Shown one piece after another: positions 47,601 through 53,069 of a DNA stretch of 53,069 bases. Position numbers and translations under genes: made by a program. The notes under the pieces were generated by a model, which was not told where the DNA came from, made no database searches, and was given only the letters and a program-made list of their open reading frames with translations. Numbering within the stretch: position 1 is the first letter of the stretch; each line of letters opens with the position of its first letter. Location: assembly GCA_036679645.1 (NCBI GenBank), contig JAZDCY010000053.1, positions 1 to 53,069 on the forward strand, written 5' to 3'. This DNA is from Gemmatimonadota bacterium. GTDB taxonomy: Bacteria > Gemmatimonadota > Gemmatimonadetes > Gemmatimonadales > GWC2-71-9.

Positions 47601-49301
47601 GTGCTGACCGAACTACGCGTGCGCGACCTGCTCGTGATCGCCGATGCCACGCTTGCGCTGCGCCCCGGACTCAACGTGCTAACCGGCGAAACCGGTGCGG
47701 GGAAGTCGATGCTGATCGACGCACTCGCACTGCTCCTCGGCGAGCGGGCCACGGGTGATCTGGTCCGGCCGGGGCGCGATCGGGCCGTGGTCGAGGCGGC
47801 GTTCGAGGCAGGGGACGAGACGCTTGGCGCGGGGCTGGCACGGGCGGCTGACGCGGCCGGAGTCGATCTCGAAGATGGCCGCCTCGTCGTGCGGCGCGAG
47901 ATTCGCGCGTCGGGACCCAACCGGGCTTGGGCGAACGGGAGCCCGGCCACAGTAGGTAGTCTCGCCACCCTCGGGCGCATGCTGGTCGATCTCCACGGCC
48001 AGCACGAGGCGCAGTCGTTGCTCCGCAGAGCCTCGCAGCGTGACATGCTCGACGCCTTTGCCGATGCGCAGGCACTGCGCGAGCGGGTCACGACAGACTT
48101 TGAAGCAGCCGCACGGTGCAGGGACGAGGAAGAAACCCTGCTACGTCGCCGCGACGAGATCACCAAGCGGGCGGACTACTTGCGCCACGTCGTGCGCGAG
48201 ATCGCCGACGCGGCACCCACGGCTGGCGAAGACGAGAGGCTCGCGGCGGAGGCCAAGCGCCTGGCGTCGAGCGAGGAGATCACGCGACTCGGCGAGGAAT
48301 TGGCCGGAGCCCTCGATGATGAGGAGGAGGGGACGCTCCATCGGCTGGCCGCCGCGGACAGGGCGCTGAGCCATCTCGAACGGCTCGACGATACCGTCGC
48401 GGGATGGCGGGACCTGCTCGACACTACCTATGCCGCGGCCGAGGAGTTGGCACGCGTCGCCCGTGAATACGCCGGATCCGTCGACCTCGATCCGGCTCAC
48501 CTCGACGAGGTGGAACGCCGGCGCGATACGCTCTTTCGCTTGACCCAGAAGTACGGACCGGGTCTCGACCGAGTGCTCGAGACGGCTGCCGAGACGCAGC
48601 GGGAGCTGGAACTCCTCGATACCGCAGAGTTCGACCTCGCTAGCATACGCGAGCGGCGGGAGGTTGCGGAACGCGCACTCGCGGATGCGGCGGCGCAACT
48701 GACGGCTGCCCGCACGGCAGCAGCCGGCCGGCTGTCGCGGGATGTCGGGAAGTTGCTACCGGGTCTTGGAATGCCCGGCGGGACGTTTAGCGTCGACGTT
48801 GTACCGGCACCGGCGGTGAGCGCTTCCGGTGGCGATCGCGTGACATTCTTAGTGCAACTCAACGTCGGCCTGGAAGCCCGCCCACTCGCCGATGTAGCGA
48901 GCGGCGGTGAGCTGTCGCGCCTGATGTTGGCGCTCAAGGTCGTCCTGGCACGACACGACGCCGTGCCAACGTTGGTGTTCGACGAGGTCGATCAGGGTAT
49001 CGGCGGCGAGATCGGAAACCAGGTGGCCGAGGCACTCTCTGAGGTCGCACAAACACGTCAGGTACTCGTGATCACTCACCTTCCGCAGATCGCGGCGCGG
49101 GCAGCCAACCACCTGCGCATTGCCAAACGACGCCAGCGCGGCATGACCACGGCAACCGTGGAAGTTCTACAGGGCGCCGAGCGCGAACGCGAGATTGCGC
49201 GCATGCTCGGCGATGCGGAAGACTCGTCGCTGCGACAGCACGCCGGGCAACTCCTGGCAAGTGCGGGACGCGGGGGAAACGGGCGCTCGGCGTCGGGCTA
49301 G
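47601..49301 (+). CDS. recN: DNA repair protein RecN
   Basis: TGETGAGKS, ASGGELSR, FDEVD, ITHLPQIAA. Confidence 0.98.
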   Translation: MLTELRVRDLLVIADATLALRPGLNVLTGETGAGKSMLIDALALLLGERATGDLVRPGRDRAVVEAAFEAGDETLGAGLARAADAAGVDLEDGRLVVRREIRASGPNRAWANGSPATVGSLATLGRMLVDLHGQHEAQSLLRRASQRDMLDAFADAQALRERVTTDFEAAARCRDEEETLLRRRDEITKRADYLRHVVREIADAAPTAGEDERLAAEAKRLASSEEITRLGEELAGALDDEEEGTLHRLAAADRALSHLERLDDTVAGWRDLLDTTYAAAEELARVAREYAGSVDLDPAHLDEVERRRDTLFRLTQKYGPGLDRVLETAAETQRELELLDTAEFDLASIRERREVAERALADAAAQLTAARTAAAGRLSRDVGKLLPGLGMPGGTFSVDVVPAPAVSASGGDRVTFLVQLNVGLEARPLADVASGGELSRLMLALKVVLARHDAVPTLVFDEVDQGIGGEIGNQVAEALSEVAQTRQVLVITHLPQIAARAANHLRIAKRRQRGMTTATVEVLQGAEREREIARMLGDAEDSSLRQHAGQLLASAGRGGNGRSASG

Positions 49302-50935
49302 CGCGTACCGCCGATCGGCTCCTCTTCTTCTGGTGGGGGCGGGGGTGGCGGCGGCGGAGCACCCCACAAGGTGTAGAACAACCGCAGGCTGATTGTGAGG
49401 CGGTTGCTCTTGGGCGTGGCACCGCCACTACCCGAAAACGCCGAGCGATAGTTCAGGCCCGCCTCGATGGGCAGCGATCGGCCACGCCGGCCTTCTTGTG
49501 TGCGGTACCACAACCCGGCCCCAAAACTCCACGTCTGCCGCTCGGTCAGGGCTTCCAATGCAGGTATCTGCTGACCGTTCATGGTGAACGTGTCGCCGCC
49601 CTTGCGAAAATACGCGGCGGAAAGGAACACGCGGAATCTGTCGTTCAATCGCAGCAGCGGGTGGACGCTGGCCCTGAACACATCCCCGAGGTTCCGCTCG
49701 ACGAGAACCAGGCTCGCCGCCGGTGCGATCGGGGCATCGGCACGTGCGACGCGACGGTCCAGGCGATCCGACAGTTGCAGCGTGTAGGCTGCGTTGAACC
49801 AGACGCCAAGCCGGTTCCCGGGCTCTAACGCACCGTCGACGGTCCACTCCAGATCCAATTGACGGTCTCCCGTGCCGATATCGAGATACTCGTTAGGCAG
49901 GTCCCGGATGCCTGTCGGGAGGCGCGCCGCGGCTCCAACGACAAGATGAAGGCTGGGTCGCTGTGCAACACCGAGGCGCAGACCAATGCGCGCGTCGCCA
50001 AAACGAGAGAGCTTGGCGGGCTTTTCTGGATCGAGCGTGCGGGCAGCGTATCCGAACTCCGACCCCGTGAGAATCGCGTTCACGATACCGTCTTCGAGGG
50101 GCACAGTCGGGAGGGGGAGTGTCCCGGCGAGTCCAGCTTGTCCCAACGTTTGCAAGTCGAACGAGAGCGCCGCTAGCGCACTCGCAATTGCCACGCCTTC
50201 GGGCGAAGCAGCCAGGGGAGCGAACGGAGGAAGCTCCGGCGTCAGCTCGCCTGCCGGGGACAGTCCTGTGAGCCCCTGTACGCCGGCCGCCAACGCGGTC
50301 GCCCGCGTCACCACCTCCTGGGCGAGATCGCACGTGGTCGACGGACAGCCAAATGTCCCCGCCGCTAGTTCCGCTTCGACCGCGGTGATCGCCGCCTGAA
50401 GCTCGTTCAAGAGGGCGCTCACGTCGTCGATCGCGGTCGCGTTCCCCGCTACACCCGCGACCTGGTTCCACCCCACGTTGGCGCCCGTCGTGTCGAGCGA
50501 GGTGGCCGAGTGGATGCGGGTCGTTACAATGGGCAGCGTGGCAGTCAGAGTGAGACGATCCGAGAGGCCCACCGACAGATCGAACGGGAACCAGCGAATG
50601 TCCCCATCCTGCTTCGCCGTGAACCGGCCCGCGTTCATCAGGTAGCTCGCGTCACCAGTGAGCGATCGAACCGCCGCCTCCGCCGTCACCAGCGTCGGCA
50701 GGAACCCGGTCCCCAGCTGGTCGGCGCTGAAGAACCGGCCGAGTGCGAACTGCTCTCCGTCGCTATCGAACAGCAGATCGAAGTTCGAGTAGGACGGCTC
50801 GAAGCTGACCCGGAGCACTCCGCGTGGGACCACGTATGGGTCCGGCAGTTGCTGCGCCCGCCCCGTGGTGGGCAGGAGGGTCAGGACGGTGAGGACGGTG
50901 AGGACGCCCTGGCGACACATCGAGGTCGTGATCAT
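49298..50935 (-). CDS. Hypothetical exported/outer-membrane beta-barrel protein with helical insert and poly-Pro tail
   Basis: Signal peptide (TGRA-QQ), alternating aromatic beta strands, FGDARIGLR, LPTG, GTGD. Start is approximate. Confidence 0.6.
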   Translation of the reverse strand: MITTSMCRQGVLTVLTVLTLLPTTGRAQQLPDPYVVPRGVLRVSFEPSYSNFDLLFDSDGEQFALGRFFSADQLGTGFLPTLVTAEAAVRSLTGDASYLMNAGRFTAKQDGDIRWFPFDLSVGLSDRLTLTATLPIVTTRIHSATSLDTTGANVGWNQVAGVAGNATAIDDVSALLNELQAAITAVEAELAAGTFGCPSTTCDLAQEVVTRATALAAGVQGLTGLSPAGELTPELPPFAPLAASPEGVAIASALAALSFDLQTLGQAGLAGTLPLPTVPLEDGIVNAILTGSEFGYAARTLDPEKPAKLSRFGDARIGLRLGVAQRPSLHLVVGAAARLPTGIRDLPNEYLDIGTGDRQLDLEWTVDGALEPGNRLGVWFNAAYTLQLSDRLDRRVARADAPIAPAASLVLVERNLGDVFRASVHPLLRLNDRFRVFLSAAYFRKGGDTFTMNGQQIPALEALTERQTWSFGAGLWYRTQEGRRGRSLPIEAGLNYRSAFSGSGGATPKSNRLTISLRLFYTLWGAPPPPPPPPPEEEEPIGGTR

Positions 50936-51029
50936 GGCCGCGGGAAATGTACCCAGCGCGGTCAAGAGAATGGGGCGGCCGGGCCTTGCGAGCCGACCGC
51001 CCCCTCTCAACCGAGTCCGCGCGAGATCC

Positions 51030-52487
51030 CTATGGTATCGCGGAGATCGAGGTTCCGTAGGCCGCGTTGATGGCGGCAACCAGCGCGTTGGCTACTGCCT
51101 TGTGCGTAGAAGCGCTGGGATGGAAGCCATCGAGGCTGATGGCGGTGCCGAACGGCGTATTCAGCGTCTCGGACGGGGCCGCCGTGCCCGGGAAGGCCGG
51201 GAACGGCCGAATTGCCGTCGGATCTGCCAGGAGCTGCAACAGGAGAGCGTTAGGATCGAGAAACACCCAATCCCGTTCGTCGGCTTCCGCCTTGATCGCC
51301 ACGTTGTATTGCGTCACGGCGGCGAAGATATTCGCCACCTCCGCCGCGGTCACCGCGTCGGCCACCGAACAGTCGACCGTGGTCGGCGCCGGGATCAACG
51401 CGCTGTCGGGCACGATCGGTGCGCCGCCGAGCGCCATCAGCACCTGTCCGGCAAAGGTGAACAACGAATCGACCGTGGCGGAATCAACTGCGCGCGCGCT
51501 GGCCGTGGACAGCAGCGGCCCTCCCATGTGGAACGGCACGGAGGCCCACGCGGTATCGGTAGCCGTCAACGGCACGCTGGCGAGACAGTTGAGATTCACA
51601 TCCAAGAAATTCGCGCTCACGCCAATAGCGGTGAGTGTCGTCCCCGGTGGAACACCCGGCACCGTCTGGAACGCCGAGTCGAGGCCGTTCTGCGCCAGGG
51701 CGTCGAACTGCGCCTCGAATCCCTTCCAGACACGTCCCTGGGTGAGGTACGGCGCCGACGCTACCTGGACCGTGCCGAACAACACGCCCCCCTGAATGGA
51801 TGGGATTGCGTCCAGGCCGTCCATCATCATGGCGTATTCCGTCGCAAACGTCGCCGGATCTTTCACGAGTGACGGGTCGCCCGCGTTCCCGACCTCGAGC
51901 ACCGCGCCAAGAGCGTCGTTGTTGCCGATGAACACCGTGACGAATGTCGGATTGGCAGCGGCGGCGGCCTCGAGCTGTGTGCGTCCGCCCAGGAAGAAGC
52001 TCGTGAGCGCGTTCCCACTGGAGGTGGGCGCCAGATTGTTGGTGGCGTCGATGGCCGCTGCACCGGGGACCGCCACATTGTGCAGCACATGTGGTAACGG
52101 TGCCTGCCGCAGGGCACATGGTATAGTGCTGAGCCGTTCCTGCGTGAAGATGTTGACGATGGGCGCGGGGCAGCCCGGCTTGTTCATCAGCGGGACATTG
52201 AAGGTCTCACCCACCGTGTGTCCCATCGCCTGCGCCAACAACACCGCGTACGACTGGAGCTGAGTCGAGTCGTTGATCCCTCCCGACTGAAATCCCGCCG
52301 TTATGCTGTTCCCGATCGCGACATAGCTCTGAAGGAGCGCCCCGCCGGACGGTGTTGGAAGAACTACCGGCTGTACGACTTCGTCATCACAACCGCCGAC
52401 CAGCACCGCAAGGGCCAGCATGGCTGCCCCGGACCAGCGTCGGTTACCTGAGAATACGGACATTGCGAGTCTCCGAAGCGTGTGCAT
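51030..52487 (-). CDS. SGNH/GDSL lipase-like lipoprotein
   Basis: Lipobox LVGGC, YVAIGNSITAG, IGNND, SLDGFHP. Confidence 0.88.
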   Translation of the reverse strand: MHTLRRLAMSVFSGNRRWSGAAMLALAVLVGGCDDEVVQPVVLPTPSGGALLQSYVAIGNSITAGFQSGGINDSTQLQSYAVLLAQAMGHTVGETFNVPLMNKPGCPAPIVNIFTQERLSTIPCALRQAPLPHVLHNVAVPGAAAIDATNNLAPTSSGNALTSFFLGGRTQLEAAAAANPTFVTVFIGNNDALGAVLEVGNAGDPSLVKDPATFATEYAMMMDGLDAIPSIQGGVLFGTVQVASAPYLTQGRVWKGFEAQFDALAQNGLDSAFQTVPGVPPGTTLTAIGVSANFLDVNLNCLASVPLTATDTAWASVPFHMGGPLLSTASARAVDSATVDSLFTFAGQVLMALGGAPIVPDSALIPAPTTVDCSVADAVTAAEVANIFAAVTQYNVAIKAEADERDWVFLDPNALLLQLLADPTAIRPFPAFPGTAAPSETLNTPFGTAISLDGFHPSASTHKAVANALVAAINAAYGTSISAIP

Positions 52488-52493
52488 GGTCGT

Positions 52494-53069
52494 CTAGAAC
52501 ATGAAGGTGAGCGAGAGTCCGAACAGATTTGCCGAGAACTCGTACAGCCCAGAGGTGAGGGCGAGCAGATCGGCCGTAGTGGTCTCGCTCGGAAGTGGGC
52601 CACGCACTCGACCGCGCCGGTCCTGCTGGCGGATGTACTGGTACGCGGCATCGAACCGGAACGTGCCGCTGAGCTGGCGCCCGTACCCTACCGTGATCTC
52701 GTTTCGTTTTCCCTCTGGAAGAAGCGGCGTCACGGTCTGGGGGGGAGCGGCGGCTTCGTGGTACAGGTATCCCGCCCGGAACGTCCCGGTCTCGCTCGGC
52801 GACCACTCGACGCCGACACGAAAGCCGTTGGTATTGTCGTAGCCCTCGGCGAGTGCCAGCTGGGCGCCGTTCTCGAAATCGGCGACGAGCGAATCGAAGG
52901 TCGCCCAGCGCACGTGCTGCCAGTCCGCGAGGATCATGAGATGATCGCTTGGCCGGACGGCAATGCCGGCGACGATCTGCGCGGGCATGGTGATGGTCGC
53001 CGTAACGCCCTGAGTCCCAAAGGGACCGCCCGAGTCGAAGAACGGCGCGACGACCGCGTCCAGCGGCAG
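52494..53069 (-). CDS. FadL/OmpP1/TodX-family outer-membrane transporter (5' part outside window)
   Basis: TITMPAQI, WATFDSL, FRVGVEW, RAGY, PLLPE, C-terminal Phe. Confidence 0.8.
   Translation of the reverse strand: MPLDAVVAPFFDSGGPFGTQGVTATITMPAQIVAGIAVRPSDHLMILADWQHVRWATFDSLVADFENGAQLALAEGYDNTNGFRVGVEWSPSETGTFRAGYLYHEAAAPPQTVTPLLPEGKRNEITVGYGRQLSGTFRFDAAYQYIRQQDRRGRVRGPLPSETTTADLLALTSGLYEFSANLFGLSLTFMF

Noticed and set aside
50879..50906. 9-bp repeat GGT(C/G)AGGAC x3
   Set aside because: Encodes VLT-VLT-VLT in a signal peptide; a minor coding repeat.

Overview
High-GC bacterial chromosomal window. The gene repertoire (ADOP-type permease, Hanks-kinase remnant, core gene order) suggests Gemmatimonadota, which is an inference. 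About 5.5-49.3 kb is mostly ordinary housekeeping: an efflux adaptor/ABC operon, Wzi-like OMP, asparaginase, obgE-dprA-hemW-hrcA-dnaJ-hinT, rpsU-mutS2-dnaG-recJ-rsmD-coaD-pta, an RsbV/W/U module, rsmA, rex-arcA-dnaQ-like-MBL, infC-rpmI-rplT-pheS-pheT-zapB-zapA-rny-folD-xseAB-ispA-dxs-nadK-recN. A minus-strand FadL/SGNH-lipase/OMP cluster ends the window. The first 5.4 kb is an accessory hotspot. It holds a truncated CopC/CopD gene and an IS200-type HUH transposase flanked by two duplicated REP-like hairpin units. It also holds a ~1.7 kb Fic islet bracketed by a duplication of the promoter and 5' end of tRNA-Ile2(CAT), an SGNH hydrolase, a frameshifted kinase remnant, tRNA-Val(CAC) and an XRE remnant. 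Non-coding signals read directly from the sequence: a perfect Rex operator, a divergent CIRCE-like palindrome before hrcA, an attenuator-like infC leader with a CTG start, a probable 6S RNA overlapping zapA and rny, and a dispersed family of 7/8-bp tandem repeats. All calls come from motif reading; no database searches were run.
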